Both the position numbers and the translations under genes were made by a program. From Pyrobaculum aerophilum str. IM2 (GTDB taxonomy: Archaea; Thermoproteota; Thermoprotei; Thermoproteales; Thermoproteaceae), in assembly GCF_000007225.1 (NCBI RefSeq), contig NC_003364.1, positions 330,001-362,000 on the forward strand: a DNA stretch of 32,000 nucleotides, written 5' to 3'. The notes beneath the pieces were generated by a model. It had not been told where the DNA came from and searched no databases. It worked only from the letters and a program-made list of their open reading frames with translations. Positions 1 to 8,827 of the stretch are shown one piece after another; the stretch's first letter is position 1, and the number at the start of each line of letters is the position of its first letter.

Positions 1-1089
1 GGGGAGGGGCGGGGGTTGCCACCTATCCAGTAATTTGCCAATTGTCTCCCCCTCTACTGTAAGCGCCTCGCCTCTTAAAAGGCCGGCCTTGTACAATTTC
101 TTTAATATCCGGGGCACGCCTCCTATTTTATCCAGGTCTTGCATGGCGTAAGGCCCGGCAGGCCTTAACGCCGCTATTACGGGCACTTTTTTAGATATTT
201 CATCAAAGTCGTCTAAAGTGAATTTCACCCCAGCCTCGTGGGCAATGGCGAGGAGGTGCAATATGGCGTTTGTAGAGCCCGCCGTGGCGAATAACGTAAC
301 CGCGGCGTTGTACAAGGCGTCGTAAGTCACTACTTTACGCGGAGTTATCCCCAGCTCAGCCGCCTTCAGCACTGCCCTGCCAGACGCAATTGCAAAGGCC
401 CTCCTCCTGGAGGACGTGGCAGGAGGCGACGCAGAGCCTAATAGAGACAAGCCGAGCGCCTCCCCGATCATGGCCATGGTGTTAGCCGTGAAAAGGCCTT
501 GACAAGTGCCGTAAGAGGGGAAGGACAGCTCCTCAATTCTCTTTAAATCCTCCAGCGTTATCCTCCCGGCTAGGTAGGCCCCCACGGCCTCAAAAGTATC
601 TTCTATGGTGAGCTCTCTCTCGCCGAGCCATCCCGCCTCGGCCGTGCCTCCGTAGAGATACACCGCAGGTATGTCCAGTCTCACCATAGCCATCATAATC
701 CCCGGCTGCGTCTTGTCGCAACCCCCAATCCCCACCCAGGCGTCGACGCCGTGGGCGTTAAACTGGGCCTCTATTGTATCTGCTATTAAATCTCTGCTTA
801 TTAGAGAATAGCGCATTCCAGGCGTCCCCATGTTAATCCCGTCGTTCACTACAATTGTCGGCGCCGCGAGTCCGACGCCCCCAGCCTCCTTGATCCCCTC
901 TTTGACGTATTTCGCCAGCTCGAGCGTGTGGTAATTACAGGGGCCCAGCTCAGACCAAGAGGCGAGCACTCCCACAATAGGCTTTGAAAAGTCCTCCTCC
1001 GTAAAACCTATCGCCTTGAGGTAAGATCTGTGAGGCGCATTATCCACGCCGTCGTACCACAGGGGAGAGCGGATTCTTATTTTAACCAT
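1..1089 (-). CDS. ilvD: Dihydroxy-acid dehydratase, N-terminal about 363 codons (partial; continues beyond the left edge)
   Basis: Open-ended minus-strand frame, so it is absent from the ORF track. ATG at 1089-1087. My translation is [45 protein letters not shown]...[16 protein letters not shown]...[21 protein letters not shown]..., which carries typical IlvD/Edd family signatures. TTTATATA box at 1109-1116, about 23 nt upstream. Confidence 0.9.
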   Translation of the reverse strand, partial: MVKIRIRSPLWYDGVDNAPHRSYLKAIGFTEEDFSKPIVGVLASWSELGPCNYHTLELAKYVKEGIKEAGGVGLAAPTIVVNDGINMGTPGMRYSLISRDLIADTIEAQFNAHGVDAWVGIGGCDKTQPGIMMAMVRLDIPAVYLYGGTAEAGWLGERELTIEDTFEAVGAYLAGRITLEDLKRIEELSFPSYGTCQGLFTANTMAMIGEALGLSLLGSASPPATSSRRRAFAIASGRAVLKAAELGITPRKVVTYDALYNAAVTLFATAGSTNAILHLLAIAHEAGVKFTLDDFDEISKKVPVIAALRPAGPYAMQDLDKIGGVPRILKKLYKAGLLRGEALTVEGETIGKLLDRWQPPPLP

Positions 1090-1119
1090 GTATAGATACA
1101 ACGCCCAGTTTATATAGAT

Positions 1120-2160
1120 TCAGACTCTTAAAGGCCGCGCTATATAAATATTGTGAGCGTTTTCTATTACTCTGACACGCGCCCTCTTCCCTACTAACTC
1201 GTCTGAGGCGGCATCGCCATATGCCACAGTCACAACTCTATCCCATATTGCAGAACCCCTTTTATTCACCGCCACCCCCAGCATCTCACCTTTGAAAATC
1301 CCCCTCGCCACTATCTCAACTGTAATTGTGTCCCCAACGGCGTAGGGCTTGGGCAATTCAGGCGCCTTGTGGATATTATACTCGCCCTTTTTGGGTATAA
1401 GCGGGATCCCCAGCTCTTTTTCCATTTCCCGCAACTTCCGCCAGAACTCGCCCCACGTCATCGGCCTAACCTCCACCTTCCTCCCCCTCTTATGCGGGAT
1501 GTATTTTTGTATCAAGACGGGAGTTTGGCCCCTCCCCACGCCGTTTTCCGCCGCCCACTTCACTATTTTAGGCATCTCTCCGTCGTTTAACCCGGGCACC
1601 CACACGGGGCTGATTATTACGTTAATCCCGGCCTCCAGCGCAATTTTAATAAGCTCCAGCGCCTTTTCGACATCGTACCACTCCGCCCCTGCCAGTTTTT
1701 TCGCCAAGGCGGGATCCAGCGCGTCAACGCTTACGTTAAATCTATCAAGGCCGGCGTTGGCCAGCTGTTGTACGGCCTCTTTATCTAGCATATAAAGCCG
1801 AGTCTGCATAGAGACCAGCGCCACGCCTTTAATAGACTTCGCCCCCCTTACTAACTGCGCTAAGTGCGGATAGTGGCCGGGGTCCCCCATGCCGTCTATA
1901 TGCACCTCCACATCGTCTGTTTTTTTATACCGCACTACTTCTTCTAGCGCGGAGAGCAGAGGCTCGGGCTCTACGACGTACTCCGCCCACCTAACTCTCG
2001 ACAGAGGGCCAGCGTTGACGGAACAGAAAATACAGTTAAGAGCACAAATGCTAGTCGGCCTCACTTCAATTACATTAGTCCCCCTATCAACTATGCCAAA
2101 CGCCAAAGTTCCCACCTGCGGGATTTCTCCGCCTATATTGTATACTAGCCGCCCCCTCAC
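1120..2160 (-). CDS. Radical SAM protein with a C-terminal TRAM/PUA-like beta domain (COG2100-like Fe-S oxidoreductase)
   Basis: 346-aa ORF with a CxxxCxxC motif (SICALNCIFCSV) near the N-terminus and a TIM-barrel-like middle. The C-terminus (TITVEIVARGIFKGE...RVRVIENAHNIYIARP) looks TRAM-like. GTG start directly abuts the stop of the upstream relic. Confidence 0.7.
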   Translation of the reverse strand: MRGRLVYNIGGEIPQVGTLAFGIVDRGTNVIEVRPTSICALNCIFCSVNAGPLSRVRWAEYVVEPEPLLSALEEVVRYKKTDDVEVHIDGMGDPGHYPHLAQLVRGAKSIKGVALVSMQTRLYMLDKEAVQQLANAGLDRFNVSVDALDPALAKKLAGAEWYDVEKALELIKIALEAGINVIISPVWVPGLNDGEMPKIVKWAAENGVGRGQTPVLIQKYIPHKRGRKVEVRPMTWGEFWRKLREMEKELGIPLIPKKGEYNIHKAPELPKPYAVGDTITVEIVARGIFKGEMLGVAVNKRGSAIWDRVVTVAYGDAASDELVGKRARVRVIENAHNIYIARPLRV

Positions 2161-2706
2161 TTAACTCTTGCCGTAGCCGTGTATTGAAAAAGAAATGGGC
2201 TGTTTAGTCTGATTGGAATAAGCCACGAGCTGCTCTATAGTTGTCCATATCTGCGTCATGGTCAGCCCCCTAGTGGCCTCGGCGAGGCCCGTCCACTCCC
2301 CGGGCTCTGGGTATAGATATGTGTAGACCCCCAGAACACCTGAGACTCCCTCCCTCCTGTACTCCGGGTTTTTAAACAACATGGCCTCGTCTATGATGTC
2401 GCCTTGAGGCAAGTCTTTAATCGCCTCTCTCACTAACTGAATTGACGTTGTCACCTCCTCCCACCTCACCATAGTCCTGGCCAACGCATCTCCTCCCTTT
2501 TCCACAGCCGGCGTGATTTTGAACAAGGCGTACGCGTCGTAGGGCATGTCCCTCCTGGCGTCGAAATCAATCCCAGAGGCTCTGGCAAAGGGGCCTACTA
2601 CTCCCAGCTCTGTCGCGGCCTTTGCGTCGAGAACGCCTATATCTTCCAGCCTGGCGCGCGTCACCGGGTTGTCTAGAAAAATTAACTTAAAATCTCTTAA
2701 CTTCGC
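2161..2706 (-). pseudogene. Relic of a NuoD / group-4 [NiFe]-hydrogenase large-subunit-like gene (central fragment only)
   Basis: 167-aa ORF plus 14 in-frame codons upstream of its GTG. It reads (AKLRDFKLIFLDNP)VTRARLEDIGVLDAKAATELGVVGPFARASGIDFDARRDMPYDAYALFKITPAVEKGGDALARTMVRWEEVTTSIQLVREAIKDLPQGDI...GEWTGLAEATRG, which is the NuoD/EchE/MbhL core pattern. The roughly 200-aa N-terminal part is missing (in-frame stop at 2707-2709). The sequence after EATRG diverges and ends early, with no DPCxxC or NuoD-type C-terminus. Confidence 0.6.
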
Positions 2707-2798
2707 CTATAGTCAAAATAACTAGGACGGACATCATGTTGATACCTCAAAGGCTATTTTCAAAGCGTATACGGCTAATGCCGATATTAATGGAATTA

Positions 2799-3167
2799 TT
2801 AGAAGTCGAACTCAGTGCGCTGCGGCCCTCCGGCGGTTGACCGGGCGCCTAATGAGACAAGCGCTAGAAGCGATGCGCTGGCCACTGCGACGGGTCTTAA
2901 TTTCACCGTCTCCTCACGGGCGCTTATAGTGGAGGCCGCTATAATGACAAGAGTTAAAGAGGCGACTATATAGACTAACGCCGTAATTATAAACGCCAGA
3001 GCGCCTAAATGTAACAACGCGCCTCCCGCGACGACAAGGTCTATAATAGATAGAATAATCGCGGCGTAGATATTGTCTCTTACGAGTAAAGTTGATATGG
3101 TCAAGAGGGCTATTAGAGAGAAGATGAGGGGTTCCATGGGAGAGACAGCAGGTATTTTTTTAAACAT
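2799..3167 (-). CDS. Small polytopic membrane protein (3-4 TM), possibly NuoJ/Mrp-type subunit-like
   Basis: 122-aa strongly hydrophobic ORF (…VRDNIYAAIILSIIDLVVAGGALLHLGALAFIITALVYIVASLTLVIIAAS…). A/T box about 25 nt upstream of the ATG on the minus strand. The family assignment rests on pattern resemblance only. Confidence 0.45.
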   Translation of the reverse strand: MFKKIPAVSPMEPLIFSLIALLTISTLLVRDNIYAAIILSIIDLVVAGGALLHLGALAFIITALVYIVASLTLVIIAASTISAREETVKLRPVAVASASLLALVSLGARSTAGGPQRTEFDF

Positions 3168-3318
3168 GTTGTAAGTAAGCTTCTAAATAGATACCAGAAA
3201 TTTTAGAGAATTTTCGAATTAAATATAATTACGGAATAGAGGCCTTATAGGAAAAAGCAAATTGTGAATATCAACATTATAATTATGAAATATACCCCTT
3301 AGTAATAAGACATAATAC

Positions 3319-3326
3319 TTAAAAAT
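3319..3326 (+). promoter_or_regulatory. TATA-like box (TTAAAAAT) for the aor gene
   Basis: Box centre is about 22 nt upstream of ATG 3345. The identical CTTAAAAATG element sits at the same spacing upstream of ATG 23595. Confidence 0.5.
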
Positions 3327-3344
3327 GGATTGGAAGTATTTCCT

Positions 3345-5192
3345 ATGGCAACGTTTAAGGTACTGCGCATAGACTTGTCCACTGAGAAAATAAGCGAAGA
3401 GGTGTACAAAGAGGATATCGTTAGGAAATTCCTCGGAGGCAGGGGGCTGGGCGCATACCTAGCCTTAAAGGAACTGCCCAGAGGTATTGATCCGCTTTCC
3501 CCCTCAAATAAACTCTACATATTCGCAGGCCCTCTCTCCGGCACGGCCAACTTGGCCACTAGTAGGATAAACGTAGTGGGCAAGAGCCCGCTGACGGAGT
3601 CTTATACCCACTCTAACGCCGGGGGGAATTTCGCGTACTGGCTGAGGAGGACTGGCTACGACGGCATAATTGTAGAGGGCAAGGCCGAGGAGCCAGTCTA
3701 TATATTAGTAAAAGACGGAGAGGTCTCAATTAGGCCTGCTAAACATATTTGGGGCAAGTGGACCGGCGCGGCGACTAGGGCCTTGTTAAAAGACGCTGGT
3801 TTTGAGCCGGATGAGAGAAAGGCCGGGGTTATGACCATAGGCCCTGCAGGGGAGAACTTAGTGAGAATTGCTGGGTTGCGTTTTAGCGACTACGAGAGAT
3901 TCGCCGGGCGCGGGGGGCTCGGGGCTGTGGCCGGCTCTAAGAAGCTTAAGGGGATAGTGGTGTGGGGAACCCACGACCCAATGAGGGAGTTTGTGGACAG
4001 GCAGAAGTTCTTAAAGGTGGCCACCGAGTATTCAGTGAAGTTAATGAACGCGGCCACTAGCAAAGCTCTGCACCAATACGGGACAAATCTCTTGACTAAT
4101 ATCATTAACTCCATAGGCGGCTACCCGACGCGTAATTTTGAAACTGGCTACTTCGAGGAGGCGGAGAAAATAAGCGGAGAGTATATTAAACAGAACTTTG
4201 TAAAAGAGACTCACGGCTGTATGCTATGCCCCATTCAATGTACTCAGATGACGGTAGTGACCACAGGCCCCTATAAAGTTGCTGGGGAGAAGATTAAATA
4301 CGAGTATGAGTCTACGTGGGCTTTGGGAGGCAATTTAGGGCTTTCGCAGACAGACGCCGTTTTGAAGATGGAGAAGTTGGCCAACGAGTTGGGGATGGAC
4401 ACAATATCTCTGGGCAATACCCTGGGCACGTTCCTAGAGCTCGTAAAGCGGGGCAAGATCCAGTACGACACTAACTGGGGCGATCCAGCTGCTTTAGTAG
4501 ACTTAGTGTATAAAACTGCATATAGAATTGACATAGGCGACGACTTAGCTGAGGGCGATTGGAGGCTGGCCAACAAATACGGCGCGCCCGACGCCTTTGT
4601 GGGATCTAGAGGCCAGGGCTTCCCGGCGTACGATCCCAGGGCTCTTAAGGGCTTTGCCATATCTTACGTCACGGCTAACCGCGGCGGCGACCACTTAGAG
4701 GCTTATAGCCCCACTTGGGAAGTCCTCGGCGTCCCCGAGAAGGTAGACCCGCTGTGCGAAACCCCCGAGTGTATATCAAAACAAGTCAAGCTGGTCATCT
4801 ACGCGCAACACTTAATGGCCCTGACGGATTCGGTTACTTATTGCAAATTCGATACGCTGGACAAAGACGGCCTCTTTGAGCAACACCTGGCCGACTTGTT
4901 CAACGCGGCCTACGGCTGGGACGTGACGGGCCAAGACATGTTGACCATAGGCGAGCGCATATTCAACGTGGAGAGGCTATTCCACGTTAAAGAGGGCAAA
5001 TGGGTCAAAGACGAACTCCCGCCTAAAATGAGAGAGCCAATAAAGACAGGCCCCGCCAAGGGACACACCGCATCTAAAATGTTCGACGAGGGCATAAAGG
5101 AGTTTTACAAATTAAGAGGGTGGGTAGACGGAAAGCCGACATACGAGACGTTAAAGAGACTTGGTTTAGAGGAATTCCAATACCTCTTGTAA
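3345..5192 (+). CDS. aor: Tungsten-containing aldehyde:ferredoxin oxidoreductase (AOR family)
   Basis: 615 aa counted from the internal ATG (MATFKVLRIDLS...). The ORF-track start at 3330 is a TTG with no promoter spacing. AOR N-terminal domain pattern is present (GGRGLGAYLA, SNAGGNFA). The [4Fe-4S] ligands are CMLCPIQC (CxxCxxxC) plus a distal TYCKF cysteine. An oligo-T run follows the stop. Confidence 0.9.
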   Translation: MATFKVLRIDLSTEKISEEVYKEDIVRKFLGGRGLGAYLALKELPRGIDPLSPSNKLYIFAGPLSGTANLATSRINVVGKSPLTESYTHSNAGGNFAYWLRRTGYDGIIVEGKAEEPVYILVKDGEVSIRPAKHIWGKWTGAATRALLKDAGFEPDERKAGVMTIGPAGENLVRIAGLRFSDYERFAGRGGLGAVAGSKKLKGIVVWGTHDPMREFVDRQKFLKVATEYSVKLMNAATSKALHQYGTNLLTNIINSIGGYPTRNFETGYFEEAEKISGEYIKQNFVKETHGCMLCPIQCTQMTVVTTGPYKVAGEKIKYEYESTWALGGNLGLSQTDAVLKMEKLANELGMDTISLGNTLGTFLELVKRGKIQYDTNWGDPAALVDLVYKTAYRIDIGDDLAEGDWRLANKYGAPDAFVGSRGQGFPAYDPRALKGFAISYVTANRGGDHLEAYSPTWEVLGVPEKVDPLCETPECISKQVKLVIYAQHLMALTDSVTYCKFDTLDKDGLFEQHLADLFNAAYGWDVTGQDMLTIGERIFNVERLFHVKEGKWVKDELPPKMREPIKTGPAKGHTASKMFDEGIKEFYKLRGWVDGKPTYETLKRLGLEEFQYLL

Positions 5193-5199
5193 TCCCCGA

Positions 5200-5206
5200 T
5201 TTTTTT
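5200..5206 (+). terminator. Oligo-T tract (T7) downstream of aor
   Basis: TTTTTTT lies 8 nt after the aor stop codon. Archaeal RNAP terminates at oligo-T runs. Confidence 0.5.
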
Positions 5207-5263
5207 CTAAACTTTTAGCCAGCGGCGAAAACATGTATATTAACTTATGACTGTCGTGATGGG

Positions 5264-5989
5264 GTGTTTGCTGTTTATTACAGGCCCGACTTGGCTAAAA
5301 CGGCAGAGGAATTTAAGGAGAGGCACGGCGCCGTTGATTTAGACTGCAACCGCAAATTTACACATGTTTTTATACTGGGCGGCGACGGGACTCTGCTGGA
5401 GGCAATTAGGAGACATCCCTGCGTGTTGGAGTCAGTCGTGATCCACCTGGGCTTAGGAAAAGTTAATTTTTACAAAAGTGCAGAAATAACCTTACCAATT
5501 GACGAGGCTGTCAGCAGAGTTTTAAAAGGGGAATATAAAGTATTAGAGCTCTCTACTCTGGAGTCAGACGGCTGTATTGCGCTTAATGAGGCGGCAGTGT
5601 ATAGAAGAGACCCAGGCCGCCTCCTCAGTTTTAAAATAACAACTGACGAGGGCCAAATTGCCGGCCGCGCAGACGGCATTATTGTGTCTACCCCCCACGG
5701 CGCTTCTGGCTATGTCGTGTCTACTTTTGGGCCCGTCGTGGACTATCGCGCCGACGTTATAGTGGTGTCGTTTGTGGCTCCGTATACGCTATACTTACGT
5801 CCTATGGTCTTGACTAGCAAAAGAGTTGTTATTGAGACGAGAGAAGACGCCGTTTTGGTATGCGACGGAAGAGAGGCGCGGATGGGCCGCGTGTTTGAAG
5901 TGGCTAAGGGCCAGAGGAGGCTTAAACTTGCAATATTCGGCGATTTCCAGTTCATCCAGAGGGTGGCTGAGCGTTTGAGAAGCCTATGA
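5264..5989 (+). CDS. nadK: NAD kinase
   Basis: 241 aa with the GGDGT motif (FILGGDGTLLEA), NE..V and TPHGASGY (TPTGSTAY-like) motifs. GTG start with TATATTA centred about 25 nt upstream. Confidence 0.85.
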   Translation: MFAVYYRPDLAKTAEEFKERHGAVDLDCNRKFTHVFILGGDGTLLEAIRRHPCVLESVVIHLGLGKVNFYKSAEITLPIDEAVSRVLKGEYKVLELSTLESDGCIALNEAAVYRRDPGRLLSFKITTDEGQIAGRADGIIVSTPHGASGYVVSTFGPVVDYRADVIVVSFVAPYTLYLRPMVLTSKRVVIETREDAVLVCDGREARMGRVFEVAKGQRRLKLAIFGDFQFIQRVAERLRSL

Positions 5990-6321
5990 AGTGCTACGCC
6001 CTTGATGCATCTGCCTTTTTCCACGGCAGAGATGCGAGGCTCTTTTCGGGGCAGTTATACACGACAAAAAATGTTGTAGAGGAATTGAAAGACCCCAGGG
6101 CGCAGGCGCTTTTAGAGGTGTGGAGAGTTGAGATAGTGGAAGTAGATGAGAAAAAAGTTAGGGAGCTGTTGAAAAAATACGGAGGGCTCTCCCCCGCAGA
6201 TGCGTCAGTGCTTATACTCGCCTTAGAGAGGGGTTGTGTGTTGATTACTGATGACGGCAGGCTGGCATCAATCGCGAAGAAATTGGGCGTGGAGGTGCTT
6301 GGGATTTTCTACAAGAGGTGA
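5986..6321 (+). CDS. PIN-domain protein (putative ribonuclease)
   Basis: 111 aa. N-terminal acidic residue in MKCYALDASAF, then central E (VVEELKD), SPADASVLILA and ITDD, which is the PIN acidic quartet pattern. The start overlaps the nadK stop (ATGA). Confidence 0.6.
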   Translation: MKCYALDASAFFHGRDARLFSGQLYTTKNVVEELKDPRAQALLEVWRVEIVEVDEKKVRELLKKYGGLSPADASVLILALERGCVLITDDGRLASIAKKLGVEVLGIFYKR

Positions 6322-6998
6322 TACAAGTAAGAGCCGGCGGCGGCGGCCACGGGAATTGTTAAATTGTCCTCGGGACTTGCGGCGTCTGCTATTATTACAA
6401 ACGCTGTGATTAAAAAAGCGGCGGGAAGCGGCGTTCCCATCAGCGCAAGCGCTATTGTATTGGAGAGTGCGCCTGTTACAGTGCCCCACAACGTGAGCTT
6501 CCCTATTAGCCTCCTCCCCCCAAGCGCCGTCCCCGCCACTGCGCTCACGGCGTCGTACACCGCCATGCTCACTAGCGCCGCTGTTAAGTGGCCCCGCCCG
6601 AATAAAACAGCGGCGATGAGGAAGCCAACGGCGCCCATCAGTATGCCCAAATAGCCGTGTCTCTTCTCGTAATCTCTCTCCGCCAAAGTCACAAGCTCTT
6701 CAAATTGTTTCACGGCTTTTTGATACTGCTCCCGTATTCCCGGCCTGTCCAGCGGCAGAACTTGTTCAAGCCGATTAAAGGCCTCTTCCAACGTTTTAAA
6801 GAAGTCTTGTCTCAACTCCTCCCAAATTATAGGCTGTCTCACTTGTATTGAGTATAGCAAGCCTCCTATAAAAGTCAAAACTGCTATGTACAGCTCTGGG
6901 GGCGTGTTGATTAGAAAAGGCACTGCCAATAGGGCGACAAACCCTATGTGAAATATCTTCCTCGCGACTAGCTTGCGTATCTCCTCCAGACGCGACAC
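6309..6998 (-). CDS. Membrane protein of the CTP-dependent polyprenol (dolichol/phytol) kinase / cytidylyltransferase superfamily
   Basis: 229 aa. N-terminal RKIFHIGF motif, a later YDAVSAVAGTALGGRRLIGKLTLWGTV motif (D..A..vG...G.....K[ST].eG-like) and a C-terminal EDNLTIP motif. It has multiple TM segments and a charged helical insert of about 70 aa. AATTTATATA box lies about 23 nt upstream of the GTG at 6998. Confidence 0.45.
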   Translation of the reverse strand: MSRLEEIRKLVARKIFHIGFVALLAVPFLINTPPELYIAVLTFIGGLLYSIQVRQPIIWEELRQDFFKTLEEAFNRLEQVLPLDRPGIREQYQKAVKQFEELVTLAERDYEKRHGYLGILMGAVGFLIAAVLFGRGHLTAALVSMAVYDAVSAVAGTALGGRRLIGKLTLWGTVTGALSNTIALALMGTPLPAAFLITAFVIIADAASPEDNLTIPVAAAAGSYLYHLL

Positions 6999-7018
6999 GT
7001 AGAGCTCGGCAGTTGAAT

Positions 7019-7519
7019 TTATATACTATCGCCTGGACAGACGCCTACAATTATTCTCACGGGCACCCCCCTTTTTAACTCTCGTATTAAAGTCCTGTCT
7101 AAGTCGTAGGCGGCCTTGTCGGCCAGTATTGCTATTGTTGAGTCGTCTACGTAATTGCTCTTCCTCGCGACTAGGCGCCATTTTGACGCGGGCTTAGACC
7201 TCGGCGTGATGCCTATCACATAATCCCAGACAACCCCTGCGTCTATTATCAACACCACTAATCCACTGCGCATGAGGGCTTCAAGGACGGTTGCGCTTAA
7301 CTCGCCTGCGGCCTTTTCAGCGCAACAGGCAATTATGCAATCCCCTCTCCTCGTCAGGTATACGTCTTTTGTGACCTCTAACGTCCTTTTATTACTAGCT
7401 CTTACATTGGGGTGACCCCGCGCTATGAATAAGTCCACAGGCACTTCGCCATTCAGCGTCTTCTCGACGCATTCCTCCGCGGGACGCGGAATATTTTTTA
7501 ATGCTTCGAGCCGCGTCAC
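7019..7519 (-). CDS. DUF371-family protein
   Basis: 166 aa. ARGHPNVRASNKRTLEVTKDVYLTRRGDCIIACCAE matches my recollection of the DUF371 core (GHpNi.a.H.tT.EiTkd..lt..GDCIigv). Confidence 0.55.
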   Translation of the reverse strand: MTRLEALKNIPRPAEECVEKTLNGEVPVDLFIARGHPNVRASNKRTLEVTKDVYLTRRGDCIIACCAEKAAGELSATVLEALMRSGLVVLIIDAGVVWDYVIGITPRSKPASKWRLVARKSNYVDDSTIAILADKAAYDLDRTLIRELKRGVPVRIIVGVCPGDSI

Positions 7520-7534
7520 AATTAGGCTGGAGAG

Positions 7535-7546
7535 TTTTTAATAATA
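7535..7546. promoter_or_regulatory. Shared central A/T box (TTTTTAATAATA) in the 42-bp divergent spacer between the DUF371 gene and tyrS
   Basis: The box centre (about 7540.5) is about 21.5 nt from both start codons (7519 on the minus strand, 7562 on the plus strand). Confidence 0.5.
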
Positions 7547-7561
7547 GTCTTTTAGCGCGAT

Positions 7562-8680
7562 GTGGACGTTGAGAGCAAGATATCGCTGATATTGAGATAC
7601 CCCACTGAGGAAGTCATCACCGTGGAGGAGCTTAGGGAGTTGCTCCAGTTGGGGCATCAGCTTAATCACTACATCGGCTTTGAAATCAGCGGTTTTATTC
7701 ACATTGGAACGGGCATTGTCAGCATGTCGAAAGTTGTGGATTTGCAGAGGGCCGGCGTCAGAACACAGATTTTACTTGCAGATATTCACTCCTGGCTTAA
7801 TAATAAATTGGGCGGAGATCTCGACACTATTAGAAAAGTGGCGGTGACGTATTACATAGAGGCTTTTAAAAAAGTCATAGAGACGCTGGGCGGAGATCCA
7901 GACGCCACTAGGTTTGTGCTGGGCTCAGACCTCTACCACCACAACGACGAGTACTGGCTTTTGCTAATGGACATCACCCGTCATTTAACTCTATCGCAAG
8001 TGAGACACAGTTTAACTATTCTGGGGAGGAAAATGGGCGAGTCAATACCGCTGGCATATTTAGTATATCCGCCTCTTCAAGTCGCCGACGTTTTCGCCCT
8101 AGGCGCCCACATTCCCCACGGGGGCGTGGACCAGAGGAGAGCCCACATCCTCGCGAGACAAGTCGCTGATAAAATTAGGTTCTACCCCCTGGAGGTGGGC
8201 GGCAAGCGCGTAAAACCCGTGGCGCTTCACCACAAACTCCTCCCCGCGTTGAATATATCCACAAAGCCCTCCAATAAGGAGGAGCTAAGCGAGATGAAGA
8301 TGTCTAAAAGCGTCCCCCAGAGCGCTATATTTATCCACGACAGCCCCGAGGAGATTAGGCAAAAAATTTCAAAGGCCTACTGCCCGCCGAGGGAGACTGA
8401 GTACAACCCCGTACTTGAGCTACTACACATCTCAGCCTTTAGAGAGGAGAGAAAAACGCCGTTTATTATAAAACGACCGCCGCAATACGGAGGGGATATA
8501 GAAGTGTGGACTTATGAAGAGGTGGAGAGACTTTACAGAGAGGGGAAGATACACCCGGCGGATTTAAAAAACGCAACCGCTGAGGCGTTGATAAATATCC
8601 TAGAGCCTATTTATAAATACTTCCAGGGGCCTGGGGCAAAACTCCTTCAGGAGATGAAAAACATCACCATAACTAGGTAA
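7562..8680 (+). CDS. tyrS: Tyrosyl-tRNA synthetase (archaeal long form)
   Basis: 372 aa. [16 protein letters not shown] is the HIGH-region variant and KMSKS is present (EMKMSKSV). The C-terminal block [20 protein letters not shown]...NPVLE...KRPPQYGGD...[20 protein letters not shown] aligns closely with the M. jannaschii TyrRS sequence as I recall it. Confidence 0.9.
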   Translation: MDVESKISLILRYPTEEVITVEELRELLQLGHQLNHYIGFEISGFIHIGTGIVSMSKVVDLQRAGVRTQILLADIHSWLNNKLGGDLDTIRKVAVTYYIEAFKKVIETLGGDPDATRFVLGSDLYHHNDEYWLLLMDITRHLTLSQVRHSLTILGRKMGESIPLAYLVYPPLQVADVFALGAHIPHGGVDQRRAHILARQVADKIRFYPLEVGGKRVKPVALHHKLLPALNISTKPSNKEELSEMKMSKSVPQSAIFIHDSPEEIRQKISKAYCPPRETEYNPVLELLHISAFREERKTPFIIKRPPQYGGDIEVWTYEEVERLYREGKIHPADLKNATAEALINILEPIYKYFQGPGAKLLQEMKNITITR

Positions 8681-8740
8681 CTGAATCCTTTAATGTTAGA
8701 ATTTACAATCTTAAACCATACTGAAGACAGCTTAAGATTT

Positions 8741-8827
8741 GGCCCTGGACAATGCGGCTACTCGCGCCGTGGGGTTGGGGTAGGCGCTGGGAGGCGTTTG
8801 AAGCCGGGTAGCTACACGGTTTGTGGC
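8741..8827. ncRNA. Candidate structured RNA (unclassified) in the convergent tyrS/HD spacer
   Basis: GC-rich block of about 87 nt in a 158-bp convergent spacer. Local helices are visible: GGCUAC 8757-8762 / GUAGCU 8809-8814, GCGCC 8764-8768 / GGCGC 8783-8787, GGC 8793-8795 / GCC 8803-8805, and the alternative CCGUG 8767-8771 / CACGG 8815-8819. It matches no RNA family I recognise, and the strand is unknown. Confidence 0.2.

Noticed and set aside
1-20. G-run at the window start (GGGGAGGGGCGGGGG), considered as a possible G-quadruplex or regulatory element.
   Set aside because: It lies inside the ilvD coding frame on the opposite strand, where it encodes …PPPLP. It is a single occurrence with no supporting context.
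1349-1795. Long antisense ORFs opposite confirmed genes. Examples are 1349-1795 (+), 4271-4660 (-), 18723-19130 (-), 20911-21222 (-), 23172-23516 (+) and 27833-28285 (-).
   Set aside because: They lie fully inside strongly supported genes on the other strand. They have Ser/Pro/Ala/Arg-rich low-complexity translations typical of shadow frames and lack A/T boxes at start-codon spacing.
7614-7620. C-box-like GTGATGA motifs on the minus strand (7614-7620 and 12302-12308) and a TGATGA at 6248-6253, considered as possible C/D-box sRNAs.
   Set aside because: No D box (CUGA) or C'/D' pair occurs at the required 12-nt guide spacing downstream. All three lie inside coding sequence and can be explained by codons.
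8793-8805. tRNA-like T-arm on the minus strand (GGC-TTCAAAC-GCC), and an RNase-P-like ACAATGCGGCTAC string at 8750-8762.
   Set aside because: The stem is only 3 bp. No acceptor, D or anticodon arms can be built around it. No AGGAAAGUCC-type CR-I partner exists, and the element order is wrong for RNase P RNA.
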